Shown: positions 27,314-38,099, counted from the first letter of the stretch. The stretch is DNA of 64,000 nucleotides from Thermoproteus sp. (GCA_049976425.1 JBMFIG010000001.1:249778-313777); one strand, 5' to 3'. Numbers and translations: made by a program. The notes: a model not told the origin generated them from the sequence alone.

Positions 27314-27827
27314 GGGACGCCAGTAACGTGGCCATGATCTCAAGCCCCCTTTCGAAGGGCATCCTCCACGAGCTGTCCCCCGTCAGCTCGACTAGCAGGC
27401 TCTCCACGTCCCTAGGCGATTTCACGTCTCTAGGCGACTCCACAGGCGTCGAGAAGAGCGTGTTTTCAGGCTCCAGGACGTCGAGCCATTCCATGAGGAG
27501 CTCTAGATCGCCCAGGAGCGGCCTCAGCCTCACCTCTATGTATTTGCCCATCTTCAGCGCCGCCTTGACTTGGTCGCGCGTCAACACGTCCCTGGGGTTG
27601 ACCGACAGCACTTGGACATCCTCCCTATACACGTACACGTTGAACTTAGACCTATTGGGCACCTCCACCACCCTTACGTCGACGCCTCTGACCGCCGGCG
27701 CTATGCGCTCCGTAGTCACGCCTTGTCTGACCAACGCGGCCCTCACGCCTACTTCCCATAACAGATCCTCAGCCGCCGCGTCGGCGAGATCCCACTCGAC
27801 GTAGCCCCGCCTTATCCTAACCGCCAC
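27306..27827 (-). CDS. rnp3: RNase P protein Rpp30-like
   Basis: [27 protein letters not shown], gene context. Confidence 0.7.
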   Translation of the reverse strand: MAVRIRRGYVEWDLADAAAEDLLWEVGVRAALVRQGVTTERIAPAVRGVDVRVVEVPNRSKFNVYVYREDVQVLSVNPRDVLTRDQVKAALKMGKYIEVRLRPLLGDLELLMEWLDVLEPENTLFSTPVESPRDVKSPRDVESLLVELTGDSSWRMPFERGLEIMATLLASHE

Positions 27828-28149
27828 ACCTCCCACCCTTGATGCGTATTCTGACCACGTCGTCGGAGTTCGAGAGAGCGACCTCGCCCCGCACCAGCCT
27901 TTGTTTATCCAGACGCACGAACCACTCGCCCTCTTGTTGCGCCTTAGAGACGGCGGGACACAGCCTCTCCAACAACCGAGCACAGTCGGGCTGGAGCGCT
28001 GTTATGAGGTAGATCGGGTTTCCGTAATGCCCCTCCAGCTTCTGTATGACGTAGGGGAGATCCCCGAAGAATCGCCTCAGCGACTCTATGACCTTGTCGA
28101 GATCCTCAGTGGCGTGGACCAATACGCTGATCTCCGCTACGCATCTCAC
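27817..28149 (-). CDS. RNA-binding protein (COG1325 exosome-associated family)
   Basis: [33 protein letters not shown]. Confidence 0.85.
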   Translation of the reverse strand: MRCVAEISVLVHATEDLDKVIESLRRFFGDLPYVIQKLEGHYGNPIYLITALQPDCARLLERLCPAVSKAQQEGEWFVRLDKQRLVRGEVALSNSDDVVRIRIKGGRCGG

Positions 28150-28718
28150 TTCGCCTCTCCGCCCTTGAGCTTGGGCAGGAGAGTCTCGCGGAGCTTCTCT
28201 ATCAACCTCTTTTGCTTCTGCCTCAGCCTCCTGGCCTTCCACCTGCGCTTGGACTTCCTGCCGACTATCCCGGCGTAGTCGGGATCGTTCTTAACGGTGG
28301 GCGCGTTGGGATCTATCATGATCACCTCGAAGTACCGGTACATGCCGTCGTCGGCGACCCAGTAGCTACCCAACACCTCCAGATTGGGGTAGCGCCGCGC
28401 GGCCCTCTCCTCGGCCACCTGTTGCCAGCTCTTCCACAGAGTTATGCCGTAGACGCCCATCCTCTTGGGCCTCCTGCCGGAGTCCGGCCTCCTCCTGTTG
28501 AACGGCCCGCGCCTGACCCTCACCCTGACGACCACGACGCCTTGCTTGGCCTTATAGCCCAACGACCTAGCTCTGTTAAGGCGGGTCGGCCTCTCCACCC
28601 TCACTATGGCCGGCTCCCTGCGCCATTGTATGAGCCTCGTCCTCATCACCTTCTCCTCGACCTCCCGCCCCTCACTCGAGTACCACATCGCCATGTAGGC
28701 ATACGCCGATTTGGCCAT
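28146..28718 (-). CDS. rpl15e: 50S ribosomal protein L15e
   Basis: [38 protein letters not shown]. Confidence 0.97.
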   Translation of the reverse strand: MAKSAYAYMAMWYSSEGREVEEKVMRTRLIQWRREPAIVRVERPTRLNRARSLGYKAKQGVVVVRVRVRRGPFNRRRPDSGRRPKRMGVYGITLWKSWQQVAEERAARRYPNLEVLGSYWVADDGMYRYFEVIMIDPNAPTVKNDPDYAGIVGRKSKRRWKARRLRQKQKRLIEKLRETLLPKLKGGEAK

Positions 28719-28728
28719 CGCTCCCTCC

Positions 28729-29625
28729 CTAGCTGGCGTTTTTATATTTTATGTCGTCGCCGCTCCTCCCGTGCCTCGTAAGGTGGCCCAACGCCGCCAC
28801 GTTTACGGCGCCCCTCTCGGGCGCTATGTCGTAGAGGAAGAACAGGCGGTCGAGCCTCAGCCCGTTGTAGATGTAGAGCGCTGACTTGAAGCTACGCGCG
28901 TCGCCTTTTATCAACAGGTAGTTGACGGCGGCCCCCTCCCCGTAGGCCCACACAGTCAAGCCGCCGGCTGTTACGCGTGACAGCTTGCCGGCTTTCTCTT
29001 GGCCTATCCCCATGAAGAAGACGTCGCGGCCCACGGCGTATTCCAGCCTGAGGTTGGCCGGCCGACCGCCTAGCCCCTTCAACTCCTTGAACAAGTCGGC
29101 CGCCATATAGATCCGTTCGAGGGTCCTCAGAGGGACGTACGGCTTCCCGGAGGCGGCGTCGAGCGCCCTGCATAGGGAATACGGCGCCCCGGCGTACTCG
29201 CGGATCCTCAGCTCCACCTCCTCGTATCTGTCGGTCCTATCCACGGGGAGGTCGACCACGTTGGGGGCCGGAAGGCCGCGGGAGAGCGAAAGGGTCGCCG
29301 ACAGCCAGGGATCTTGCTTCACGTAGAACACCCCGCCGCCTTCGTAGAGCCTCAACACGTCGTCCTGCTCCACGTCGCAGGAATCGACGACCACATCGAA
29401 CGCTCTCGGGTCCGCCGAGTCGACGAAGTCGACCAGCAGTAGGTCGCGCAAGAAGCCGGCCCTGAGGAAGAGGTTTGGCGGAGGCAGATCGTATAGATAC
29501 ACGTCAACGGGCCTCGCCGTCTGGATCGCCACGCGGTCGCCCGACTTGGCAAGGAGATAGGCGAGGTACGCCGAGCCCGGCTCCAGGCCTCTTATGAGGA
29601 TCTTAATACGGCCTGTTCCAGCCAC
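28729..29625 (-). CDS. Hypothetical protein with degenerate Rossmann-like N-terminus
   Basis: [27 protein letters not shown] beta-alpha-beta pattern. GTG start at 29625 overlaps the thyX end. Confidence 0.65.
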   Translation of the reverse strand: MAGTGRIKILIRGLEPGSAYLAYLLAKSGDRVAIQTARPVDVYLYDLPPPNLFLRAGFLRDLLLVDFVDSADPRAFDVVVDSCDVEQDDVLRLYEGGGVFYVKQDPWLSATLSLSRGLPAPNVVDLPVDRTDRYEEVELRIREYAGAPYSLCRALDAASGKPYVPLRTLERIYMAADLFKELKGLGGRPANLRLEYAVGRDVFFMGIGQEKAGKLSRVTAGGLTVWAYGEGAAVNYLLIKGDARSFKSALYIYNGLRLDRLFFLYDIAPERGAVNVAALGHLTRHGRSGDDIKYKNAS

Positions 29626-30323
29626 GGCTTCTCCGGGAGGGGGCCGTGGATCCTCTCGGCGTCTTCTACGGCGTATAGGCGGCAGTCCCGGCCCTTGGGC
29701 ACCTTGGTGCAGAAGTCGCGGTGGAGGTTGGGCAGATCGTCCCACACCAGCTTGGCGAGGTTGGGCCAGAGCCTCCACGCCGCCGCGAACATCTGCCAGC
29801 ACACGTGCCTTATCTCGGCTTGTGCCGCCGCGGCGCACCTCAACGGGACGAAGTTGAGGAGGAGCTCCCTGGCGTTCATCTGGACTGCGAATCTGACCGC
29901 GGCGGCGTTCGGGAGGGCCATCCTGGCGTACTCCGGCTTGAACGACTCCCTCAGCTTGACGTAGTCCTCGTAGGCCCTCCTCAAGACGTCCTCGGGGAAG
30001 CCGAGGGGCGCCACGAACCTGATCTCCCTCTTGGAGTAGTCCACGTACCGCTGGGACTCGGCCCAGTAGGAGGCCATCCTGTGCCTTATGAACTGGGTGT
30101 GGCAGGCCCTAGAGCACTCCACGAGGAACTGCGCCCCCATGAACTCGAAGACCGACCAGTGGCCCTGTCTGTAGAATCCGGAGATCCTCCTGGCCACTAC
30201 GTCCGGATCCTGCGCCCCGACGTCGGGAGGCGCGCCTCTGTAGAGGACGTCCGTCAAGGCGGAGACGAGGGCCTCGGAGCCCCAACTCCCCAGCAGGCGG
30301 GCGGACGGCTGGACCAGCTTCAT
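29592..30323 (-). CDS. thyX: FAD-dependent thymidylate synthase
   Basis: GHWSVFE, SRACHTQFIRHRMASYWAESQRY, ARMALP, MNAREL, AQAEIR. Confidence 0.95.
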   Translation of the reverse strand: MKLVQPSARLLGSWGSEALVSALTDVLYRGAPPDVGAQDPDVVARRISGFYRQGHWSVFEFMGAQFLVECSRACHTQFIRHRMASYWAESQRYVDYSKREIRFVAPLGFPEDVLRRAYEDYVKLRESFKPEYARMALPNAAAVRFAVQMNARELLLNFVPLRCAAAAQAEIRHVCWQMFAAAWRLWPNLAKLVWDDLPNLHRDFCTKVPKGRDCRLYAVEDAERIHGPLPEKPWLEQAVLRSS

Positions 30324-30420
30324 GAAGTGATATCGGTGTAAATATAAGCACCTACGGCCTCGGCGCTATATTTTCGAGATCATCCTAAAATCATATAAAC
30401 CAATTTCGAGGGCTTCTCTC

Positions 30421-30636
30421 GTGTCCATATTCTGCCCCGTATGTAATCTTCCCGAGTGGGAGGCGATGCCGCCGCCGCATACGTACCGGCACAAGGGTCC
30501 CGAGAACACGATAATGATAGCCAGGTGCAAGCACTGCGGCACGGTGTTCTACATATTCAGAACGAGACTGGACACCTACACTATCCAGATAGAGAAGGCG
30601 GAGAAGAAACACGGGGCGATACCCCACTTGGAATGA
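30421..30636 (+). CDS. Small zinc-ribbon protein (CPxC...CxxCG)
   Basis: 71 aa, CPVC and CKHC, ATGA overlap with the next gene. Confidence 0.7.
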   Translation: MSIFCPVCNLPEWEAMPPPHTYRHKGPENTIMIARCKHCGTVFYIFRTRLDTYTIQIEKAEKKHGAIPHLE

Positions 30637-31637
30637 CCGCCGTTTGTACCTCGTGCGGCAAGAGGCAGGCCCAGTTCCTCCGCCGGAGTAGCGGCGAGAG
30701 GCTCTGCCTCAACTGCTTGTTCAAATCTATGGAGGAGAAGGTGTGGCGCACCATCCGCGACGAGAGGATGATAGAGCCCGGGGACAGAGTCGCCGTCGCC
30801 ATATCCGGGGGGAAGGACAGCCTAGTCCTCCTCGACATTCTCGGCAAGCTTAAGGCAAGGGGGCGCCTCAAGGACGTCGAGCTCGAGGCGTTCACGATCA
30901 ACGAGGGCCATCCCTACAGCTGTTTCTACAGAATGTCCAGGGCGGACTTCGTCAAGGAGCTGGCCGGGCGCTACGGCGTGGCCTATTCCGTGTTCAACTT
31001 CAAGGAGGTGTTCGGGTACTCGGCGTTGGAATTGGCCGAGCGTCTTTGGAAGAGCGGAGTTGATATACACATGTGCGCCATCGACGGCATCTTGAGGCGT
31101 AAGGCCATGAACTTGATAGGCAAGAGGCGCGGCTGGACTAAGATCGCCACGGCGCACAACCTAGACGACGAGGCCCAGACAGTCCTATTGAACGTGTTGA
31201 TGGGAAACCTCAAGCGCTTCGCTTGGCTCGACCTAGACGATGCTGAGGAGAAGGACCTCGTGAGGAGGATAAAGCCGTTGAAGTATATAAGAGAGGAGGA
31301 AATAGCCGTATACGCCCACTACCACGGCATACCGCTGATGGAGCTCGAGTGCCCGTACGTGTATACGAACCCGCGATACGGCCTCAAGTTCATGCTGGCC
31401 GAGCTCGAGGAGAGGATGCCAAACGTGAAGTACAACCTGGTCAGTTTCGGGCGGCGGCTAGGAGAGGTGTTGCGCGGCCAGGAGGTCCCGTACAGCCGGT
31501 GCAAGTACTGCGGAGCCCCCTCGTCTAGGGAGGTGTGTAGGGCCTGCGAGCTTTTCGAAAAGGCCGGCCTCCTCGACGGATATCTGAGGGCTATCTCAAG
31601 CTATCTGAAGTCTGATACACCCGCCCTCGTCCAGTAG
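30633..31637 (+). CDS. tRNA 2-thiolation enzyme, TtuA/Ncs6 (TIGR00269) family
   Basis: CTSC...CLNC, PP-loop SGGKDS, TAHNLDD, CPY, C-terminal CKYC...CRAC. Confidence 0.88.
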   Translation: MTAVCTSCGKRQAQFLRRSSGERLCLNCLFKSMEEKVWRTIRDERMIEPGDRVAVAISGGKDSLVLLDILGKLKARGRLKDVELEAFTINEGHPYSCFYRMSRADFVKELAGRYGVAYSVFNFKEVFGYSALELAERLWKSGVDIHMCAIDGILRRKAMNLIGKRRGWTKIATAHNLDDEAQTVLLNVLMGNLKRFAWLDLDDAEEKDLVRRIKPLKYIREEEIAVYAHYHGIPLMELECPYVYTNPRYGLKFMLAELEERMPNVKYNLVSFGRRLGEVLRGQEVPYSRCKYCGAPSSREVCRACELFEKAGLLDGYLRAISSYLKSDTPALVQ

Positions 31638-32258
31638 CCTATAGCCCCTGTTTGATATGGACGATATGAAGGTGTCAATATACCTTCTGAAGAGCGGGTA
31701 CACCGTCCTGCAGTATTTGACGTTCACTAGGTTCTTGGTGCTGTTGTCCTCCTGGACTGTCGCCAAGCCCCTCAGCTGGACCACGTAGGCCGCCTCGTGT
31801 AGCTCCTCTATATCGCCGTCCTGAAGAGCCGATTTGACAATCTCGGCGTCTCTCCTCGCCATGTCGAGCGCCAGCTTGTCCAAGTCGGCCAGCTTGGCCA
31901 CGAAGTCCCTCTCAACGGCTAGCGCCGGCTCGTTGTTTATGACGTGGGAGATCCATCTCGGCACGAAGATCCTCCGCGAGGCCAGTCTGTGGTGGACTTT
32001 CTTCACAAAGGCGAACATCCCCAGCCTCTTGGGGAGCTCCTCCAGGTCCTGCTCGTCGACGGTGGTCACGTCGACGATGAAGTGGATCTTAGTACGGCCC
32101 GAGTCCATGGCTATATTCAGTATGTTCGCGTTGCTGTCGGCGAACACGTTGGAGAGAGCTGCTAATATGCCCGGCTGGTCGAAGTTCAGCTCCACGAGGA
32201 ACTCGCCTATTTTACCTCCCAGATTATTGACGATAAGGTACAACTCACGATTCAGCAT
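31596..32258 (-). CDS. ACT-domain protein
   Basis: NFDQPGILAALSNVFADSNANILNI. Confidence 0.8.
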   Translation of the reverse strand: MLNRELYLIVNNLGGKIGEFLVELNFDQPGILAALSNVFADSNANILNIAMDSGRTKIHFIVDVTTVDEQDLEELPKRLGMFAFVKKVHHRLASRRIFVPRWISHVINNEPALAVERDFVAKLADLDKLALDMARRDAEIVKSALQDGDIEELHEAAYVVQLRGLATVQEDNSTKNLVNVKYCRTVYPLFRRYIDTFISSISNRGYRLLDEGGCIRLQIA

Positions 32259-32422
32259 CGGACCCCAATACGCTCGATATAAAAATCTTTGCCTGAGAGG
32301 CGTCCCCGACGACGTAAACGCCGGAGACGATAGGCCGTTTCGCGCAGGGCTCTCCTAGTTAGGCCTTTGCCCCTATATCCGAGCTAGAGATGATATTAAA
32401 AAGCCGTTATGTACTACCCCCA

Positions 32423-34810
32423 GTGCCGAGGCTAAAGGAGGCTAGATGGCGGCTTGAGTGGGAGGAGGATCTCATAAGAGCTTGGGAGAGAGAGGGGCTC
32501 TTCGCAATAAGGATAAACCCAGACGGCGACTATCTGGTTATAGACACGCCGCCTCCTTATCCCTCGGGCAGGCCGCACATAGGCGGCACGGCGCACTACG
32601 CCCAGATAGACATGGTGGCGAGGTTCTTCAGAATGCGGGGGTACAACGTGATCTTTCCGTTCTACCTAGACCGCAACGGCCTGCCGGTGGAGGTCCAGGT
32701 GGAGAGGAAGTACGGGATAAACGCCCACGAGGTTCCTAGGGAGAAGTTCCTGGAGATGTGCAAGGCGGAGCTCGACAGCTTGGAGAAGGAGTTCGTGGCG
32801 ATATTCCGTAGGTGGGGCATGTCGTTCACGTACTGGGACAAGGGGACCGACAGCGAGGAGTACCGCGCAATGACCCAGAAGACCTTCATAGAGCTGTGGA
32901 GGCGCGGCTTAATTTACGAGGCCGAGAGGCCCACCCTCTGGTGTCCCCGGTGCCGCACGGCGTTGGCGGAGGCCGAGGTAGAGTACAAGGAGGAGGACAC
33001 GTTCCTCAACTATATAAAGTTCAGAGTGAAGGAGACCGGCGAGGATATAATAATAGCGACCACGCGGCCGGAGCTCCTCCCCGCGACCGTGGCCGTCATC
33101 TTCAACCCAGGCGACGGCAGATATAAACGCCTGGAGGGTCTACACGCCGTCGTGCCCCCCGTGGGCCAGGAGGTCCCGATATTGCCGCACCCAGCGGCGA
33201 ACCCCAACTTCGGGACCGGCCTAGTCATGATCTCAACGTTCGGCGACACCCGAGACCTCGCCATAGTTAACGAGCTTAAGTTGCCCATAAAGGTCATAGT
33301 GGACGAGAAAGGCCGCATGAAGGAGGGGCCATATGCGGGCCTCTCCATAAGGGAGGCGAGGGCCAAGATAGTCGAGGATCTTTCGAGGGAGGGCTTGATA
33401 GTGAAGAGGGAGCCGCTACACCACACAGTGCCCGTCTGCTGGCGTTGCGGGACTCCGCTGGAGATAATAACTACTAGGGAGCTGTTCGTGCATCAGCTCA
33501 AGTTCAAGGAGCGACTGCTCGAGCTGGCGGACCATATGGAGTTCAGGCCGCCCGAGTTCAAGAACATGCTCAAGGACTGGATAAAATCGCTGGAGCTCGA
33601 CTGGCCTGTCTCGCGGCGCCGCTACTACGCCACGGAGGTCCCACTCTGGTACTGCAAAAAGGGCGACCAGCTGATACCGATAGTCCCCGAGGGAGGGCGG
33701 TACTACAGGCCGTGGCGCGATCAGCCTCCGCCCGAGGTCAAGACGCAGTGCCCAGACGGCGAGCTGGTGGGCGACGTCAGAGTGCTCGATACCTGGTTCG
33801 ACTCGTCGATTAGCTGGATGTACGCGGCCGGCTACACCAAGGGCTTGGGCATCTTCGAGAGGGTGTACCCCGACAAGATATTGAGGCCGCAAGGCTACGA
33901 GATAATCCGCACGTGGCTCTACTACTCGTTGCTCAGAGCCTATTTGTTGCACGACAAGGTGCCGTTTAAGTACGTCAGGATCAGCGGGATGGGCCTAGAC
34001 GAGAAGGGAGAGGCCATGCATAAGTCCAAGGGCAATATAATAGACCCGTTGCCGCCCGTCCAGAAATACGGCGGAGACGCGGCGCGGTTCTGGGCAGCGG
34101 CGGCCGCCAGGCTGGGGAGCGACTACCGCTATCTGGAGTCTCTGATAAAGGAGGGGAGGGACTTCGCCACGAAGATCTGGAACATAGCCCGTTTCGTCTC
34201 GTCCTTCGAGGAGCCCTCGAGCTACAAGCTGATGCCTATAGATAGGGCCATGCTGGCGAGGACCTACGAGGTGGCCGCCGCGGCGATAAAGGCCTATTCC
34301 GAGTTCGACGTCTACGAGCCCGCCCTAACGCTCTACGACTTCTTGTGGCACGAGTTCGCCGACCACTACATAGAGACTGTCAAGTCGAGGGCCTACAACA
34401 GGGAGGGCGTCTTCTCGTCTGAGGAGCAGAACGGCGCTGTGTTCACACTATACGCCGTGTTGAAGTACGGCCTAAAGCTCCTGGCCCCCATAATGCCCTT
34501 CGTGACTGACAAGATATGGCGGGAGCTATACGGCAGATCTATCCATAGGGAGCGGATAGAGGATCCTCCGCCCGAGTGGAGGGGCGACGCGTCGCTCTTT
34601 GTGCTTGTCAAGAAGATAAACAGCGCCGTATGGCGCTATAAGAATAGAAAAGGCATGAGCCTCGCCGATCCTCTAAACGCCGACCTCTATGTCCCCGAGC
34701 CCGCCCTACAAGCGGCGGAGGACCTACGCTTGACGCATAAGGCCAATTCGGTGAGGGCCGGCAGAGGGAGGGAGCAGATAGACGAGGAGGGCCTCGTCTG
34801 GATAGGGTAG
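32423..34810 (+). CDS. valS: Valine-tRNA ligase
   Basis: IDTPPPYPSGRPHIGG, ATTRPEL, DWPVSRRRYY, VLDTWFDS, AMHKSKGN. Confidence 0.95.
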   Translation: MPRLKEARWRLEWEEDLIRAWEREGLFAIRINPDGDYLVIDTPPPYPSGRPHIGGTAHYAQIDMVARFFRMRGYNVIFPFYLDRNGLPVEVQVERKYGINAHEVPREKFLEMCKAELDSLEKEFVAIFRRWGMSFTYWDKGTDSEEYRAMTQKTFIELWRRGLIYEAERPTLWCPRCRTALAEAEVEYKEEDTFLNYIKFRVKETGEDIIIATTRPELLPATVAVIFNPGDGRYKRLEGLHAVVPPVGQEVPILPHPAANPNFGTGLVMISTFGDTRDLAIVNELKLPIKVIVDEKGRMKEGPYAGLSIREARAKIVEDLSREGLIVKREPLHHTVPVCWRCGTPLEIITTRELFVHQLKFKERLLELADHMEFRPPEFKNMLKDWIKSLELDWPVSRRRYYATEVPLWYCKKGDQLIPIVPEGGRYYRPWRDQPPPEVKTQCPDGELVGDVRVLDTWFDSSISWMYAAGYTKGLGIFERVYPDKILRPQGYEIIRTWLYYSLLRAYLLHDKVPFKYVRISGMGLDEKGEAMHKSKGNIIDPLPPVQKYGGDAARFWAAAAARLGSDYRYLESLIKEGRDFATKIWNIARFVSSFEEPSSYKLMPIDRAMLARTYEVAAAAIKAYSEFDVYEPALTLYDFLWHEFADHYIETVKSRAYNREGVFSSEEQNGAVFTLYAVLKYGLKLLAPIMPFVTDKIWRELYGRSIHRERIEDPPPEWRGDASLFVLVKKINSAVWRYKNRKGMSLADPLNADLYVPEPALQAAEDLRLTHKANSVRAGRGREQIDEEGLVWIG

Positions 34811-34811
34811 G

Positions 34812-37046
34812 CTACACGATCCCCCTCGACGACTTGGGGATCTCGCCAGCCGTCGACGGGCCCTCGCCGCTGAGGACGCGCTCCAACACCCTCACCGCGT
34901 TTCTCCTGGACAACATCTTGTTGTTGTTTCCACAATACGGACTATACACACATTTAGGGCACCCGTCCACGCAGTCGCACCCTCTAACTATCCTCAACGC
35001 TATTTCGGCCGCCCTTCTGAAGTTCCGGAGAAGTAGCCGCGAGGTCCCGTTTCCCCCTATATGGGAGTCGTATATCACCACGACGCCGTCCGGGTAGCTT
35101 ATGCCGCCTAGATCCGTCTTGGAGGCGCCTACCGCTATCTCGGCGGCCGATATGAGGACGTGCTCCGTGGCGTGGTAGCCCTTAGCCCTCTCTTCCCAAT
35201 CGACCGCGTCGTTGGGGCTGTATCTCAACAGAGGCATGTAGAAGACGGCCCCTTTTGTCCTGAACTCGTATGAGACCGGCTCTATGGGGTATTCCCCGAG
35301 GGTCTCGTCGGTCGTGAATCTCTTGAGGGCGTAGCCGTAGACGGTTATCCTTATCCTCAACTTGCCGTACTGGTAGGGGATCCCCTCCACCTTGCCCTCC
35401 TCCAGCACCTCCTCCATGTACGGCTCCATATCCTCCAAGGCTTGGGTCGTCAGATCCTCGGCGTCTACCGGCTCCACGACGGCGACCCTTCTAGCTAGAT
35501 CCAGCGACTTCACGATGTACGTAGCGCCGCCGTGGGCGTATATCGCCTCGGGGTGTAGCTCATATAGGGCGAGCGGGAGCTCCCTATGGCCTAAGAGCTT
35601 GCCGTCAGCCGTCTTGATCTTCACCACGTGCGGGCTTCCGCGAAGCGATAGGTCGGCCAGCTTCTCGCGGCCCGTCTTGGTTATGAAGTAGAACCGGCCC
35701 CTCTTCTCCAAATAGCCGGCCGACGCGAGCTCCCTCAACAACGGGAGCTGGTAGGGGGCGAGCTCGTCCTCCCTTATGGGCCTGTCGAGGGCCATCGCCA
35801 GCGTGTGGAGGGACGCCACGTCCTCGTTCTCCCGCTCGAGCCCTAGAGGCTCCGGCGATCTGGCGAAGAACTCGTCTGGGTAGTTCCTGTAGTAGCTCGA
35901 TATGGGGTCGTTTCCGAGTATCTGCACCACGTACCCCGTCTGTCCCCTCCTCCCCACTCTGCCCACCCTCTGCAGATATCTGTTGAACGTCGGCGGGACG
36001 GAGGCCAGCACGGCCGCGTCGACGTCGCCGATATCTACGCCTAGCTCCAACGTAGGGGTGGCTATGACGACATTTATCTCGCCTTTCTTGAACGCCTCCT
36101 CGACGTTGCTCCTCTCCTCGGCCCCGAGCCCGGCTCTATGGACCGCGGCGCTCCCGCCGTAGCCCTCCAGCCTCAACGCCCTATATATCATCTCGCTGTA
36201 CCTATGGCTGTCGGTGAAGACGAGACACTTGAGATCCTCGTCTATGCAGATCTTGGCCAAGCCGGCCGCCTCGGCCCACTTAGACCTAAAACGCGGCCTT
36301 ACGAGGACCTGCACCAGCTCGCCGCGCCTCCCCCTAGGCCCCTGCACGACGTTCACCTTCCTGTTGAGCAACAACTCGGCGAACTCGGCGGGATTGCCCA
36401 AGGTGGCAGACGTGGCCACGAACTGCGGCTTCACGAAGCGCTCCATCCTCCTAAGCAGATAGAACATGTGGGAGCCCAGCACCCCGCTGTACACATGGAA
36501 GTCGTCGAGGACCACGTATCTGGCCCTCGATAGGAGTTGCCGGAACTTCGGGACGTACATGAGGGCCTGGCTCACCATGTCGGGGTTTGTCACCAGGATA
36601 TGGGGCGGCGTCTGGTATAGAATCCTTCTCTCCCTCGGCGGCGTGTCGCCGTCGTAGACCATGGCCCTGACGCCCAGCCTATCCGCCAACGCCCTTATCC
36701 TCCCCAGCTGATCTCTCGCCAGTGCCTTCGTGGGGTACATGACCACTGCCACGGGGGTCTTGAAGGTGTCCAGGCTCTCCTCCAATATGGGCGCCAGGAA
36801 CGCCTCGGTCTTGCCGAGGCCTGTCCCGGCGATTATGACGGTGTCCTTTCCCGACCTTATGCTCTGAATTGCGTCGTACTGGAACGGGTACAGCATCTCC
36901 ACTCCAGACTTCCTGAGCGCGTCTGCCACCTCGGCCCTCAACGCAACTCCCACGTCGCAACAGAGCTCGAGCGGCTCCGGCGTATCTGTCTTCACGTAGA
37001 CTATCTCCCTCCCGGGATCGCCCAAGACTCTAGACAAAAAGTCCAC
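34812..37046 (-). CDS. DEAD/DEAH helicase with C-terminal DUF1998 Zn module (Hrq1/SftH-like)
   Basis: GTGLGKT, YPTKALARDQ, TNPDM, DDFH, SATLGNP, CDCVDGCPKC. Confidence 0.9.
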   Translation of the reverse strand: MDFLSRVLGDPGREIVYVKTDTPEPLELCCDVGVALRAEVADALRKSGVEMLYPFQYDAIQSIRSGKDTVIIAGTGLGKTEAFLAPILEESLDTFKTPVAVVMYPTKALARDQLGRIRALADRLGVRAMVYDGDTPPRERRILYQTPPHILVTNPDMVSQALMYVPKFRQLLSRARYVVLDDFHVYSGVLGSHMFYLLRRMERFVKPQFVATSATLGNPAEFAELLLNRKVNVVQGPRGRRGELVQVLVRPRFRSKWAEAAGLAKICIDEDLKCLVFTDSHRYSEMIYRALRLEGYGGSAAVHRAGLGAEERSNVEEAFKKGEINVVIATPTLELGVDIGDVDAAVLASVPPTFNRYLQRVGRVGRRGQTGYVVQILGNDPISSYYRNYPDEFFARSPEPLGLERENEDVASLHTLAMALDRPIREDELAPYQLPLLRELASAGYLEKRGRFYFITKTGREKLADLSLRGSPHVVKIKTADGKLLGHRELPLALYELHPEAIYAHGGATYIVKSLDLARRVAVVEPVDAEDLTTQALEDMEPYMEEVLEEGKVEGIPYQYGKLRIRITVYGYALKRFTTDETLGEYPIEPVSYEFRTKGAVFYMPLLRYSPNDAVDWEERAKGYHATEHVLISAAEIAVGASKTDLGGISYPDGVVVIYDSHIGGNGTSRLLLRNFRRAAEIALRIVRGCDCVDGCPKCVYSPYCGNNNKMLSRRNAVRVLERVLSGEGPSTAGEIPKSSRGIV

Positions 37047-37057
37047 AGGTTTTTTGT

Positions 37058-37549
37058 CTAAAGCTTATAGCCTATCTTTCTCAAAAACGCCTTCCTCTCC
37101 TCCCTGTCCTTATCCCCCTCGACGCCTAGGGGGGAGTGGCCGTCCACCACGCCGATAACGCCGCGCCGCTCCGGCTCTACCTCGGCTACGATCACCTTGA
37201 GCGGGTTCGCCGTGGCTACGTATATCCTGACTACCTCCGGCACGTGCTTCACGGCGTTCAGCACGTTGATCGGGTAGGCGTTCTTTATGTATATCACGAA
37301 CGTGTGGCCGGCGCCTATCTTGGACGCTACGTCTATCGCCAACTTCCTCAACTCCTCGTCGTTGCCCTCATGCCTTACCAGGCGCTTTCCGGAGGCCTCG
37401 CAGAAGGCCAGGCCGAACTTGATCCCGGGCACGCTGTTGACCAACGCCTCGTAGAGATCCTCCACGGTCTTGATGAAGTGGGCATGCCCGATTATCACGT
37501 TGGCGCCCTCGGGTATCGGCACGTCGATGACCTCAAACCTAATAGACAT
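37058..37549 (-). CDS. Adenosine-specific kinase family protein (DUF355)
   Basis: [42 protein letters not shown]. Confidence 0.9.
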   Translation of the reverse strand: MSIRFEVIDVPIPEGANVIIGHAHFIKTVEDLYEALVNSVPGIKFGLAFCEASGKRLVRHEGNDEELRKLAIDVASKIGAGHTFVIYIKNAYPINVLNAVKHVPEVVRIYVATANPLKVIVAEVEPERRGVIGVVDGHSPLGVEGDKDREERKAFLRKIGYKL

Positions 37550-37577
37550 GGCGATATCCGTCCAGCAGTTTAAATCG

Positions 37578-37632
37578 ATTCAGCTGTGGATTCTCCGATC
37601 ACCTATCGGCGGCGCGGTTTACCTCATCACTT
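37578..37632 (-). ncRNA. Candidate C/D-box guide sRNA overlapping the stop codon of the fur-like gene
   Basis: C GTGATGA (37630-37624), guide GGTAAACCGCGCCG, D' CCGA, C' GTGATCG, guide GAGAATCCACAG, D CTGA (37583-37580). Confidence 0.75.
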
Positions 37633-38019
37633 GCCGCAGATGGCCTTAACGACCACCGATGTGGGCACCACGCCCGCGTTCCTCAACTCCTCCAATATCT
37701 TCTCGTTATATATATCGAGCACCTTGCCCGTATCGGCGCATACCACGTTTATGTGGGGCTCCACCTTGTCGTAGTAGGTCCGCCCGTTGTGTTCGAACGA
37801 TACTATCACGCCGTTGTCCTCAAGCAGTTTTAGTATATTATATACTGTGCTGGCGCTTATGCTGGGCATTCTGGACTTAACCTCGTTCAGAATATCGTTA
37901 AACGAGGGGTGTTCCTTCCTCTCGAGCTTCTCCAGCACTAGCTTCACGACCTCTATCCTCTGGGGGGTCAGCCTATATCCCTTCTCCCTCAATATGTTTA
38001 ATGGAGTTTGTTGCTCCAC
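37627..38019 (-). CDS. Fur/PerR family transcriptional regulator
   Basis: GYRLTPQR, HPS, SISASTVYNIL, HINVVC. Confidence 0.9.
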   Translation of the reverse strand: MEQQTPLNILREKGYRLTPQRIEVVKLVLEKLERKEHPSFNDILNEVKSRMPSISASTVYNILKLLEDNGVIVSFEHNGRTYYDKVEPHINVVCADTGKVLDIYNEKILEELRNAGVVPTSVVVKAICGK

Positions 38020-38099
38020 GCAATAGAAACGCGTCTACTATAAAAACATATTCGCCATCTCGGCGGCCTACAGATATATAGGCCTATTTATCCCCCGAC

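Noticed and set aside
32285-32390. Structured RNA upstream of valS
   Set aside because: Only weak, imperfect pairing and no recognisable boxes.
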